A stretch of 56,050 nucleotides of DNA, taken from assembly GCA_002269645.1 (NCBI GenBank), contig NIVC01003557.1:1-56050 (forward strand), read 5' to 3'. The translations under genes were made by a program, and so were the position numbers. This stretch comes from Macrostomum lignano. Taxonomy: Eukaryota. The notes beneath the pieces were generated by a model. It worked only from the letters and a program-made list of their open reading frames with translations, was not told the origin of the DNA and made no database searches. Every line of letters begins with the position of its first letter. Position 1 is the stretch's first letter. Shown one piece after another: positions 1-12,112 of the stretch.

Positions 1-537
1 GAGAGCACATGCCTGACGATTAGAAAGTCAAAGGGCCGCTGTACACCCTGTGTGAGCGTGTGTATGAGTGCTGTGCTTGCGTACAGTATTGGCGCGCTTG
101 TATGTGCTCAGGAATGAGTGGAATGGGCAGAATTGCCTCAGCCTCAGGATGCTTTAGCGTTACCCTCAGCCCTCCTATACAATATTTATTCATTCAATGA
201 CGAGTAGTTGACCCGACCTTGACAACAGAATTCAATGCAGCATACAGTGTATGGCGCGATCTCTTGCCGCGGGTCAGAGAAAGACACGAGATGCCAATCC
301 GCCGCGTGACTTTCATTCCAGGGTAAATCGTGAAAATATAAACAAATAAAGCAAGCTGATGGTAGAAGTTTCGAAAAACTTGTTTACAAAAAAATCCAGC
401 AATTGCTAGCGTGACTTTACAAATCGATACTAAATCGTGATGCTTTCACAGAGAAACCTAACGTTGTCTTAAACGTGCAAAATAAGACGAAGAAACTTTA
501 ATTTAGTTTAAAGTTGATGATGACTATTAAGTTAGAG

Positions 538-1092
538 CAGGGGTCGGCAACTCCGGCCCAAGGCGCCACATGAGGCCCGCGAAGCCTTTCCATCCAGCCC
601 TCGGGTCCTTTGAAACTTCACAATACTCGTAGTAATCTGGCCCGCTCATGGTTTGTGTCTCTTCTCAGCTTTCATATCCCCTCTCCCCTCTCTACTATCC
701 CCTTTCTCCTCTCTCCTACGACGTATCCCCTCTCCCCCACTCCGCTCTCTCTTCTCCCCCTCTCTCCGCCTCTCTTCTCTCTCCCTTCTCTCCCCTCTCC
801 TTTCTATCCTCTCTCCTCTCTTTCCTCTCTCCTCTCTTTCCTCTCTCCTCTCTCCTCTCACCCCTCTCTCCTCTCTCCTCTCTTTCCTCTCTCTCTCTCT
901 CCTCTCCCCCCTCTCTCTTCTCTCCTCTCTCCTCTCTCCTCTCTCCCCTCTCTCTTCTCAGCTCCCTTCTTTTCTCATCATGTCTTGTTTCTTATCTCTT
1001 CGATTCCCTTTCCTTTCCTCTCTCATCTGGCCGTAGCCATGACCTGGATTCTTGATCCGGCCCTTGAGGTAAAAAAAGTTTGCCCACCTTTG
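538..1092. mobile_element. Non-autonomous hAT (Charlie-like) MITE with internal CT-rich microsatellite
   Basis: 8-bp TSD AGTTAGAG at 530-537 and 1093-1100. Imperfect TIRs CAGGGGTCGGCAACT / reverse complement CAAAGGTGGGCAAACT. The interior (~655-1025) is CT-rich low-complexity sequence. Confidence 0.85.
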
Positions 1093-1398
1093 AGTTAGAG
1101 TTACAAGCAGGGGTCTTTGTGCACTCTGGCGCACTTTTAAGCGACATTGTCATACAACCGGCATGAGGCATCACTGCCCATTCCGCCGACTCCCCTGAGC
1201 AAGCACACAAGCGCGCGGATACGTATGCAGGCACACACTCACACAGGTGTACAGCGGCCCTACCTTCCAATCTTCAGGCATGTGTACTCTCCGTGCTTTC
1301 GGGCTTGGCTTACTTAAGTAATCCTCATTTAGAATTAGCACAGCGGACAAAGATAATGCATTCCATGGGAAATCATTGATTATCTGGTGTAATTTCAG

Positions 1399-1862
1399 GC
1401 CTGGACCAGTTATTTAAGACGACAGTCACCAGTGCCAATCGTGACTCGCCGCGGACCTCCAGATGTCGACTGCGCATCGAGATTGAGGACTTCAATGGCG
1501 AGACCTACATGGGAGAGTACCGAATGTTCCAGGTGCTGGATCCTAAGCAGAACTATCGATTGAAGGTGGGAAATGCCGTGCCAGACTCGGATCTGACCAG
1601 CTGGGCCAGAGTGCACAACGAGATGCAGTTCAGCACGTACGACCGCAAGCACGATAGACAGGCTGGCACGTCCTGCTCGCATCAGCACGGCTACGGAGGC
1701 TGGTGGTACGAATCCTGCCACCACATGAATCTCAACGGAGCCTATCTCACTGACAGGAATATTACTAATAGTAGTGCTGATAGCAAATTTTATGCATCAG
1801 TTCTGCATCGTTCATCGTATCGGCCAGTGAAGAGAACGCTGATGATGCTCAAGTGCGGCTGA
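1399..1862 (+). CDS. Terminal exon of a fibrinogen C-terminal domain (FReD/FREP, ficolin/tenascin-like) protein; upstream exons not found in window
   Basis: Acceptor TTTCAG at 1393-1398. Translation (G)LDQLF...LRIEIEDFNGETYMGEYRMFQV...NYRLKVG...HNEMQFSTYDRKHD...CSHQHGYGGWWYESCHHMNLNGAY...MMLK matches the FReD motifs MxFSTxDxDxD, C...GGWWYxxC and NLNG. Confidence 0.9.
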
Positions 1863-2089
1863 GATGCTTTGAGCAAGCGTAATTCCTATCTACTCACGTA
1901 GAAGCGTGCACTGAGAACCGTAAATTTAAGAATCAGTACAGATAGTTATTATCTGTATCGTATTTAACTCGTTAGGGATTGGTAACTCTGTGGTAACGCT
2001 TCCCAATCTCGTGTCGAAAAGCGTGTCGAGAAAGTCACGTTTAAATATATTGTATGTAACAAACCTGAAGTTGTATCTCTATCTAGCTA

Positions 2090-2280
2090 CCTTCTTCTTC
2101 TTATTCTTCTTCCATTCGGGCGCGCTCGGTCCAAGGCCCATGGCACCGGGCGTCAGACGGCGCCCGCCTTCCCGAGGAAGTTCAGCACCGCGACGCAGTT
2201 CTCGAAAACTGCCGCGGGCTCCGGGCTTGGCCCCCAGAGGCGGCAGCGGTGTGGAGTGAGGGCAGGGCAGGAGATCAGCA
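2090..2280 (-). mobile_element. Short 3' fragment of a non-LTR retrotransposon with (GAA)n tail
   Basis: The minus strand reads HRCRLWGPSPEPAAVFENCVAVLNFLGKAGAV-stop, similar to LINE ORF2 C-termini (VLxFLxxxG). It is followed by a ~40-nt UTR and a (GAA)n tail at 2091-2112. No TSD found. Confidence 0.45.
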
Positions 2281-2439
2281 GATGGGCCTTTCACAGAAAG
2301 TAGCACGAGTAGCACCCGGATGCTACTCAGACACCCCAGATGCTAATCTGACACCACCGATGCTACTCAGTGCCGTAGCCATTCATGCACCACCTTCCGT
2401 CACCACTGCCTGTCCTTCGCTGCTCCTCTTAACCTCTCG

Positions 2440-2900
2440 ATTGTCCATCCGGTCCATTTCTTCAGCTTTTCTTCCAACTCTGTCTTTTCGGTCTTCTTGT
2501 TCTTCTTTCACTTCTATTTCTCCTTGAATAAAGACATTTGTCATGGCTGCCTTCCTCGTCTGATGTTCGTAATATTAGACATTTCTCCACTTGATGATCT
2601 CCTCCACAGATTCTGGTTCCTTTCCTGATACATCCTTAAGTTTTCTCTAAACCTGCAGGCATTTGTTTTTTCTTTTTCCATGAAATCCGTAGCATTCATC
2701 TGTAACGGTTCATTTCAAACTCTTTGAGAGTCTCTTCATACTTTTCTTCCTCAGACACTCGCACCCATAGAGCTGCAGCGTCGCCAATGTGACCGCCGCC
2801 AAAGTTCATCCAGCCCTATCATTGAGCTGGTTGCGACGCCAATTCGGATTCTGATCTTCCAGTTCTTCTCCATCAATCACAATCCCTAGCATGACGTTGT
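2440..2900 (-). pseudogene. Degenerate RTE-clade LINE remnant (RT C-terminal region)
   Basis: Across stops and frameshifts the minus strand gives LYGCECLRKK, FEMNRYR*MLRISWKK and FIQGEIEVKEEQEDRK. These match the RTE consensus LYGCExW, FEMWCYRRMLRISW and EGKIEGKRxRGRP. Confidence 0.7.
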
Positions 2901-3145
2901 CTCCACCATTCCCTGTCACCTTCTAGCTAATGCAAAGCTGAAAACTGACTCTCGAATTTCACGCTCATGAAATCTACCAAAGTGCAATTCGTGGCAAACG
3001 AAAACTAATTCGGGGCGCGCGACGGTCTCTGCCTCCATCAGCTTTGAATTCAAAGCTTCGTGACCGAACGGGGTTTCTCAAGATTTAGGCAAATGATTTA
3101 AAATCAATAGAAAAAGCAGAAAACCAAACTGAGCGACGAACAGAA

Positions 3146-4039
3146 ATGATTTATTACTATCCTGCGTGGCTGCTCCACGCTGCACTGGGGGCGACTTTAT
3201 TCGCCTGCCTGTTGGCGTCCTTCCTGTGCCACCTGCATCGGAAGCGACGTTCCCGGAGACTGTTGGCCAACCGGACCGGCTGCCTGCTCAGCGGCCTCGT
3301 GGCAGTTTGCGGTCGAGACCAAGATCAACCTACAATTCGTGCAATAAGCCATCAGTCAGAGAAGCCACAACAGCAACAACAGCAGCAAAAGAAGCGTCTT
3401 CGAGCGAGCACCACGAGGCAGCCTCATCGGACGAGAAATCAGCGATCCCGCAGTAGGCTTCGATCCAGCTCCACGGTCGCTTTGCCGCCTGCTGGGGATC
3501 ACGCGGTGGGGTGAGCACATCGATTTCAGCCACGCTTTTGAAGACAACCCAGACGCTACAAAGACACCTAACATGCTACTGCAGACACCCCACATGCTAC
3601 TCAGACACCCCAGATGCTACTCAGACACCCCATATGCTACTCAGACACCCCATATGCTACTCAGGCACCCCAGCTGCTACTCAGACACCCCAGCTGCTAC
3701 TCATACACCCCAGCTGCTACTCAGATACCCAACAGGCTACTCAGACACCCCAGATGTTACCTAGCACCCAAAGGTTTCTCAGACACTCCACGTGCTGCTC
3801 AGACATCCCGGATGTTACCTGCTAGTCATGCACGCCCCGACGCCATTCCAGCTTTTCAACAGTTGGTGTCTCAGCCTCGCCGACGGTCAGATCAGCACCG
3901 CATCCGTCCCCAAGAAGTGCCTCTTGCAGCGCCGTCTCAGGGAGCGGCGGTGGTGTCTGCAACTACGGGTTTAACATGGCTCTTGGAAACTTTAAAGGCG
4001 GCGGGCGGCGGGTGCGGTAGAAGCAGCGGATTCAAGTGA
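3146..4039 (+). CDS. Possible 2-exon orphan single-pass membrane protein (3146-3510 + 3827-4039)
   Basis: An N-terminal hydrophobic stretch (AWLLHAALGATLFACLLASFLC) is followed by the basic RKRRSRR. The phase-2 donor GG|GTGAGC and acceptor CTGCTAG are compatible, and the intron is filled by a 20-bp tandem repeat like the other introns here. No family recognised. Confidence 0.35.
3555..3815. repeat. 20-bp minisatellite (GATGCTACTCAGACACCCCA); short related copy at ~2315-2390
   Basis: Tandem degenerate units seen directly. Confidence 0.9.
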
Positions 4040-4079
4040 ACTAAACGAATCTTAACGATGCACTGCATTCACTCGCATG

Positions 4080-5181
4080 AATCCCAGATCCTCAATTGCT
4101 GGGCCAGCCTCCCAGATCCTCAGTTGCTGGGCCAGCCTCCCAGAGTGTCAGTTGCTGGGCCAGCCTCCCAGATTCTCAGTTGCTGGGCCAGCCTCCCAGA
4201 TCCTCAGTTGCTGGGCCAGCCTCCCAGAGTGTCAGTTGCTGGGCCAGCCTCCCAGATTCTCAGTTGCTGGGCCAGCCTCCCAGATCTTCAGTTGCTGGGA
4301 CAGCCTCCCAGATCCTCAGTTGCTGGGCCAGCCTCCCAGAGTGTCAGTTGCTGGGCCAGCCTCCCAGAGTGTCAGTTGCTGGGCCAGCCTCCCAGAGTGT
4401 CAGTTGCTGGGCCAGCCTCCCAGAGTGTCAGTTGCTGGGCCAGCCTCCCAGAGTGTCAGTTGCTGGGCCAGCCTCCCAGAGTGTCAGTTGCTGGGCCAGC
4501 CTCCCAGAGTGTCAGTTGCTGGGCCAGCCTCCCAGAGTGTCAGTTGCTGGGCCAGCCTCCCAGAGTGTCAGTTGCTGGGCCAGCCTCCCAGAGTGTCAGT
4601 TGCTGGGCCAGCCTCCCAGATCCTCAGTTGCTGGGCCAGCCTCCCAGAGTGTCAGTTGCTGGGCCAGCCTCCCAGATCCTCAGTTGCTGGGCCAGCCTCC
4701 CAGAGTGTCAGTTTAGCTGGGCCAGTCTCCCAGATCCTCAGGTGCTGGACCAGCCTCCCAGAGTGTCAGTTGCTGGGCCAGCCTCCCAGATCCTCAGCTG
4801 CTGGGACAGCCTCCCAGATCCTCAGTTGCTGGGCCAGCCTCCCAGATTCTCAGTTGCTGGGCCAGCCTCCCAGATTCTCAGTTGCAGGGCCAGCCTCCCA
4901 GATCCTCAGTTGCTGGGACAGCCTCCCAGAGTGTCAGTTGCTGGGCCAGCCTCCCAGAGTGTCAGTTGCTGGGCCAGCCCCCAGATTCTCAGTTGCAGGG
5001 CCAGCCTCCCAGAGTGTCAGTTGCTGGGCCAGCCCCCCAGATTCTCAGTTGCAGGGCCAGCCTCCCAGAGTGTCAGTTGCTGGGCCAGCCTCCCAGAGTG
5101 TCAGTTGCTGGGCCAGCCTCCCAGATCCTCAGTTGCAGGGCCAGCCTCCTAGATCCTCAGCTGCAGGGCCAGCCTCCCAGA
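4080..5181. repeat. 28-bp minisatellite (CCTCCCAGAGTGTCAGTTGCTGGGCCAG), ~39 copies
   Basis: Tandem units seen directly. The array generates spurious ORFs in three frames. Confidence 0.97.
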
Positions 5182-6059
5182 TTAGATGCCGAATCAAAGA
5201 TAACTACGCTCGTACATTGCTGTAATCAAGAGAATTAAAATAAAAACAACGAACAACTATTCAATTCAGAGAAAGAAAAGGAATTAATCAGACAAATAAT
5301 TCAATTGTAAACGCTACATAAAATTTATATTGTTTCAAAAATAAAAAAACTGATAAGAAAGTTTGCAAGCACTTTGCAGGCAAAGTGCGCGGCTAACTTT
5401 GTTTATCATTTACAATTAATTTTAGGCGTTGTTCTGAAAAGGCAGTCTAGTAAGAAAAAACAATTTTTCAGTTAAATAAGATAAAATCATGTTCAATGAA
5501 AAACAAAGTCACGAAGTCAAGTACAGCTGATAAAAACACACAGTTTAAAGTAAGGCTTCAAAACAGACAGTGTGGATCTTCAAGTACTGCTTGTTTTTCC
5601 TTATCAGCCTAGAAGTGGACTCAAGAACTGTCAGAACTACATGTATCATTCAAGTAGATCGAATGCAATTGTGTGAAAAGGTGTGGGTAATTGTGGAAGA
5701 TTGTGGGAAATTGTAGAAGAGGTGTGAAAAAGCATGGGAAATTGTGGGAGGCGTGGAAAGTTGTTGAAGATATGTTCAATGATCTATCGCACCTCTAAAT
5801 TTAACTTAAATCCCTTACAAGTAAAAACAAAGGTGCAGAGTGACCTAGAGTACTTTATTTGTTTTTGAAAGTTAATTGATGTAAAATTAATCATCAGTTG
5901 CTAAAATAGATCGCGAAAAGTTACCACTCTAGTAGCTCTAGAAAACAGGTGGCATTTAAAAAGCTGAAAAACAAGTACTCGATGGAATTTAGTTGCTTTT
6001 ATCGTTAACTACCGATTATAACGGAAAATTCAAGTGCTCAGATGACCAGGTAGTCAATA

Positions 6060-6305
6060 AGAGGTGCTAATTGCTCAAATGGCCTGGTTGCTCAATTAGG
6101 AGAAGGTGTTAATTGCCTATATGGCCAGGTGCGCAATTAGAGGTGCTAATTGCTCAAATGGCCAGGTGCGCAATTAGGGGGGGTGCTAATTGCTCAAATG
6201 GCCAGGTGCGCAATTAGGGGGGGTGCTAATTGCTCAAATGGCCAGGTGCGCAATTAGGGGGGTGCTAATTGCTCAAATGGCCAGGTGCGCAATTAGGGGG
6301 GGGGG
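6060..6305. repeat. ~40-bp minisatellite (GGTGCTAATTGCTCAAATGGCCAGGTGCGCAATTAGGGG)
   Basis: About 6 tandem units. Confidence 0.9.
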
Positions 6306-6366
6306 TGCAAAATGCTCAGTTGACCAAATCCGATACCTAGAAGAAAATCTGCACTATAAACAGAGC

Positions 6367-9300
6367 TCAGGTGGTAAGGCTCAGGTGGCACAAGGCCATG
6401 ATTGCAAGCGGCTGTTTCTTGCCACCTTTGCTGCCGCCGCCGAGGGTCACCAGCGGAGCGTAGGCCGAGTTGCGCCGACTCTCCAGCAGGCCCGTCAGCG
6501 ACAGCTTCAACGACGAATCGGACAATGCACCCGACTGGTCAGGGAAGGCAACCTCGACTGTCAGGCTGTCAGGCCGGTGCTCCAGGCTGTACCAGACCTC
6601 GCCGCCCGACCGAGTTCGACGAGTCGACAGCTCGGCTCGACGCCGCTGCCTCTCCGTTGAACCGTCGATATCGAATTCGACAATGCTGACCGAACCGACG
6701 GTAACGTCGATGTGGACTCGAATGCCGCCGTCCATCAGGCCAATTGCGACGCCGGCGGCTGGCGCCATCGGCCCCGCGCCAAACTGGGCGTCGCCGACGA
6801 GGCGAAGCGGCGCCAAAGCGGTTGGCGCCGACGGAGTGTCGCGAGACTGCAGCGACAGGCGGCTGGCGCGAGTGGCGACACAGGCGCGGCCGAGACCGAC
6901 GCCGACGCGCGGAGGGAAGGCGACGATGGTCCAATCGGCCGGCTGCAGCGGCACCAGAGTGGCGTTCGACAGTCGGCGGGTGGCTGCGGCCGCTGGCGGA
7001 GTCGGCGACGACGTCTGGGTTGATTTGGGATGAGCGGCTGCTGGGACTTTGATGAGTGGCCGGGGATCTGGGAGGCTGGCCTAGCAACTGAGGATCTGGG
7101 AGGCTGGCCCAGCAACTGGGGATCTGGGAGGCTGGCCCAGCAACTGAGGATCTGGGAGGCTGGCCCAGCAACTGAGGATCTGGGAGGCTGGCCCAGCAAC
7201 TGGGGATCTGGGAGGCTGGCCCAGCAACTGAGGATCTGGGAGGCTGGCCCAGCAGCTGAGGATCTGGGAGGCTGGCCCAGCAACTGAGGACCCGGGAGGC
7301 TGGCCCAGCAACTGGGGATCTGAAAGGCTGGCCCAACAACTGAGAATCTGGGAGGCTGGCCCAGCAACTCAGGATCTGGGAAGCTCGGATCAGCCTGGTG
7401 AATGTGGTCCAGCATCAGTCAGTCCCGCAGCAGTCTCACCAGGCTGGCATTCCTGGCAGCGATGGAGCTGACATCCAATCCCGGCAGATCCACAAACAGC
7501 CGCCTGCTGCCCAATTCAGTTCTGTAGCGCCGCAGCACAGCAGCTTCAGGCTGCGGCTCACCTGGCGCCTTGGCCATCCAGACAGTCAACGAGGCGGTGG
7601 CGCCACCACCAGCGTCGCAAGCTTCAACAAGCCAGCACAGCTGGGCGAGCGAATCGGAAAGCAGACTGGCCCTGACAGGAAAGGTCACCGCAGACGGGGC
7701 CGATGCGGAAGAAGATTTCTCTCTCATAGAAGTCACGAGCTCCCACATGGGGACCACGTGCTCCCAGCCGTAGCGGCGGTTGCCGATGTCCCTGGCTGAG
7801 TAGCCGGTTGTCCAACGACAGACAGGAGGGCACGCGGCGTCAGCTCGCTGTGGAAGCGAAGAAACCGCCGATGGTCGATCGGCTCCTGAAGAAGAAATGT
7901 TTCATTGTCGTGAGCATCTACACCCTCTGAGGCTTTAGGGTTGGCCCTAGTGGTCCCACTAAAGTTCGCACCTTATCAGCCGGAGCGCCAGGCCCGCGCA
8001 GGATGTCAGCATTGACAATGACAGGCCCAGGAAGTCGGTCAGCCACTCTGGCGACTCTCTGCAGGCAGAGCTCCACCACTTCGATCGCTTTGAAGTCCAG
8101 CTTGATGCCAACGGTGGAGTTGGAGGCTGCCACTGTGGCCAGGTATTCATCGAAGGTCAAGTCGGAATCTGTGTCAGGCGGATGGGCCATGATGGGCAGC
8201 AGCTCCTGCTGGCTTGTGCCGGCACCCTTCATCAGTACGTCAGATTCTAGGACCATGACTCGATTCGGGCCTGAGGAATAGGGCGGTTTCGGCTCTCTGA
8301 GCAATCTAGCATTTTGGTTTGAAATTACTGAGACTTCCTGAGTTTCCTGGGATAGGTTCTCTGTTCTAGATCCCTCTGTCTTAGGTCTCTGTTCTAGATC
8401 TGTCTTAGTTCTCTGTTCTAGATCCCTGTCTTAGGTCTCTGTTCTAGATCCCTGTCTTAGGTCTCTGTTCTAGATCCCTGTCTTAGGTCTCTGTTCTAGA
8501 TCCCTGTCTTAGGTCTCTGTTCTAGATCCCTGTCTTAGTTCTCTGTTCTAGATCCCTGTCTTAGGTCTCTGTTCTAGATCCCTGTCTTAGGTCTCTGTTC
8601 TAGATCCCTGTCTTAATTCTCTGTTCTAGATCCCTGTCTTAGTTCTCTGTTCTAGATCCCTCTGTCTTAGGTCTCTGTTCTAGATCCCTGTCTTAGTTCT
8701 CTGTTCTAGATCCGTCTGCCTTAGGTCTCTGTTCTAGATCCCTGTCTTAGGTCTCTGTTCTAGATCCCTGTCTTAGGTCTCTGTTCTAGATCCGTCTGCC
8801 TTAGGTCTCTGTTCTAGATCCCTCTGTCTTAGTTCTCTGTTTTAGATCCCTGTCTTAGGTCTCTGTTCTAGATCCCTCTGTCTTAGGTCTCTGTTCTAGA
8901 TCCCTGTCTTAGGTCTCTGTTCTAGATCCCTGTCTTAGGTCTCTGTTCTAGATCCCTGTCTTAGGTCTCTGTTCTAGATCCCTGTCTTAGGTCTCTGTTC
9001 TAGATCCCTGTCTTAGGTCTCTGTTCTAGATCCCTGTCTTAGGTCTCTGTTCTAGATCCCTGTCTTAGGTCTCTGTTCTAGATCGGTCTTAGGTCTCTGT
9101 TCTAGATCCCTGTCTTAGGTCTCTGTTCTAGATCCCTGTCTTAGTTCTCTGTTCTAGATCCCTGTCTTAGGTCTCTGTTCTAGATCCCTGTCTTAGTTCT
9201 CTGTTCTAGATCCCTGTCTTAGGTCTCTGTTCTAGATCCCTGTCTTAGGTCTCTGTTCTAGATCCCTGTCTTAGGTCCTCCAGAATATTCTGATCCACTG

Positions 9301-9540
9301 TCATAAATAGGTCACTGATTTGCCCGATACATTGGCATGCAATTTTCCAATAATCATGCAATTATCAATCACCATTCAACGCATCGTGAAGCAGTTTCTT
9401 AGAATTGGTAGCGTGGGACCACGTGATCTTAGTGGCGTCGTCTTTAACCTCGGGAAAATAGGACAGAATGTCGTGCATTTGCTTAGGTTTGACTTCAAAC
9501 ACAGACGAATAGGCCATTTTAAACAGGTAGACAGCAAGAC
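6367..9540 (-). CDS. FAM151: FAM151/menorin-family protein (DUF2181 domain plus C-terminal domain); exons 9373-9540, 7972-8270, 7440-7885, 6367-7014; 1-nt deletion at ~7816
   Basis: Spliced translation gives DILSYFPEVKDDATKITWSHATNSKKLLHDALNG / VLESDVLM...PIMAHPPDTDSDLTFDEYL...GIKLDFKAIEVV...VNADILRGPG / LSV(G)WTTGY...VTFPVRASLL...LTVW, all hallmark FAM151 motifs. All introns are GT-AG and phase-consistent once one missing base is restored. The start is uncertain: ATG 9517, or an upstream mini-exon ending at donor 9877. Confidence 0.92.
7055..7382. repeat. Inverted copy of the 28-bp minisatellite family at 4080-5181, in the last FAM151 intron
   Basis: Unit CTGGGAGGCTGGCCCAGCAACTGAGGAT is the reverse complement of the 4080-5181 unit. 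Confidence 0.95.
8345..9277. repeat. 26-bp minisatellite (GTCTCTGTTCTAGATCCCTGTCTTAG) filling a FAM151 intron
   Basis: About 35 tandem units. Confidence 0.97.
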
Positions 9541-12073
9541 CTGGAGATTATTCATTGATAGTAATAAATATAGAAAGCATTTCCAGGAATAGAAATATTT
9601 TAGGAATCATTCAGAAGTGAAACTTACCAGTATAAATGAAGTACAGACCAACAAATACCCAGAATAGCATATAGCACACAATGTACTTTTGTGTAGAACG
9701 TGGAAACAATTGCAAGTAGGACACTGGGTTCAATGGATTGGCCACAAACTGGGGCCTCTTTCTAAAATTCAAGCAATTTGTGTGCAATTTATGCCAGATC
9801 TCTCATGCCATGTTAGTTAGCTTTATCAGCTTTTGTAAGAAAATTTATTACAGAAAGAAAAAATGGTATAAACTCACCCTGCAGCATATGCCATAAATAT
9901 TAGTACTCAGCCAGCAGTCAGGCTGTAATAAATTTAATATTTAAAATTATATTTATGGTAGCTGAAATTTGTGAAATTAGAAATAGAAATTTCTGACAAT
10001 GTCTAGGGCTATCTTAAAAATAGTTTTCTCTCATTAGGATATAATTATAATTATTATTATCCAATTGTTGCAAAGTAGACAAAGTATTTTTTAAATACAG
10101 TAAATACAAACAAATTTCTCAACTTTATAACTGACACAAAGCCCTGGTCATTTACTACAAAATTCTAATCAGATTTACACTAAGTGAAACAAGGCTTTAA
10201 ACTATTTTTTGAATACTTTGACTATTTGTAGACTTAAGGAAGATATCAATAAATAAGAATATAAGATTTGAAAGGAATCTACTTCTAAGATAAGATTGAC
10301 AATACTCAAAATCAAATGAACTTGACTAACATTAGTATAGATTAGGGAAAAAAGTAATTAAATGAAAAGAAGCCTTACAAGTTTTGTTTACAATGCAAAA
10401 TAGTGATCACGAAAGTAGTGTAAATTATGTTATTCCTGTAATCCTGTATTAGCATATTGTTGATATTATAGTTCTAAACTTTATCGCATATCATTAAAAT
10501 ATCTTCATACAGCACCATATATATTATTCGAAATGGCTACAGAAGGCCTAAATGACTTATAGTCACCAATGTAATATTAGTACTAAATAAAAAAAAATAA
10601 ACCATTTTCGAATAGGCCTTGAAGCTTGAAAATTATGCCGCTAACTCGTAATTTTTTGTGGTAAATATATAACTGAAAACACTTGAAGATAATAAAAATT
10701 ATAAAATGATTAATGAAGAGATGGGGAATATTTAGCGTTCAACAAAATTTTGATCGCAAACCGCACACCGTGCATACGATTAAGGGTAACTCTGCTGACT
10801 GCTCTGTCAACTGGCAAAGTAAAGTATTATAAAGCAAACCGCATTCAATAAATTGATGACATGCGCCAGTTAAACTCTGAAACCAAGCACGGAAATCTAT
10901 TGCTTGAATATGATTTATTTTTCTTTTTAAGACAAAAACCTAAAATAAACATTTTATTCCATGTTTTTTGTTGACATGAAATTATATAATCACAAATATT
11001 AAAGCCTTTAGTTATTACACAGTACTTTTGTTTAACGGTGTTGCCTCGCCTGACAAGTTTGCCTCCGTGTAGTTTTAAGCTACATGGCCTCTATTCGCAT
11101 TCAATACTTAAAGTATGAAACCTAGCATGCTTCTTAACAATTTTAAAGGGTTTGGGAAAGCCTGGCATTGAACTCGATGCCTCAGCTAGGCCCACCCAGT
11201 TCCAGCCTGATGAACGCTTTCCAGTCCGAGATCCGCCCAAGAAGAAGTGCTACCGAATCTTGCACTTTTCATAGGTAAAGTCCAGCTGATCCAGTTCCGC
11301 TTCGCTGGTTATGTCGGCCATGATTGCCAGATTGCCAGTGCCAAACTCGCACGTACGTACAGCAGTCTGTTCACCGACCATGAGTTGCCTGTGTTTACAT
11401 GCTACAGCTTGTTTTTTATACTTCACTCTACATGGGTCGTCTCCGTAGCCAGACGGTTTTTGTAAAATTCAACGTTTTCAACTAATATGTTTGTTGTTTG
11501 CCGTAAATAAATATTCACAGAAGCTGGCTGTGGGTATACCCTGCAGCAAACGCCTACATACGAGGCAGGGACAACTAAAACCCTCGGGACGCGAAACGAG
11601 CCAATTCATGGCAAAAAATCTGAGGGGCTTGCTTAAAAGTATTGTTCTATGGCTTTTTCAAGTCTTCTCTGCTATCAGGCATTAACGGTTAGATTAAATA
11701 GTAAAGCGAGGCAATGCGCCTGCTTCGCAAGGTTTGCAACTGCCAACTGACAATAACTGCAGGGATCAACACCTGGACACAATCCAACTTTGCTTATAAC
11801 AGCAGACGCAATTCGACGATTTATGGCTTCGCCTTTCAGTGATGTTTTTGGCTTTGAGCCTTTGCTTCGAAGCGATGCGGCGGCTGCTCAATGCATCAAT
11901 TCAACGGCGATGGCTAATTGTGAAAAAAGAACAGCAGCGCGCAGCTGTGGCCTCCAGGTTGGCGGCTAGAATCAAAATTGCCTAGCAGCGAATGCGCGGG
12001 AACGTCACGCGAGGATTGCCAAGGCATTAGAGAAAATTACCGTCGCGACGATCAAAAGGCGGAATACTTTTGT

Positions 12074-12112
12074 CACGGACTACTTAACTTAACCACAATT
12101 AAGTAGTCCGTG
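12074..12112. mobile_element. 39-bp TIR-only micro-element with 8-bp TSD (hAT-like)
   Basis: Perfect 14-bp TIRs CACGGACTACTTAA / TTAAGTAGTCCGTG separated by 11 nt, flanked by the direct repeat ACTTTTGT at 12066-12073 and 12113-12120. Confidence 0.75.

Noticed and set aside
4058-5238. Long ORFs with repetitive translations here and at 14219-15250, 15254-16168, 28057-28615, 31425-34897, 36149-37101 and 48170-48872 (+)
   Set aside because: They are stop-free readings of tandem repeats in several frames or strands, lying in introns or antisense to the real frame.
8345-9277. Regular 23-37-bp repeats that superficially resemble CRISPR arrays
   Set aside because: Units are head-to-tail with no unique spacers, there are no cas genes, and the context is eukaryotic introns.
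11150-11480. GC-richer island with short ORFs on both strands between FAM151 and the F-box gene
   Set aside because: No splice-consistent model or recognisable motif.
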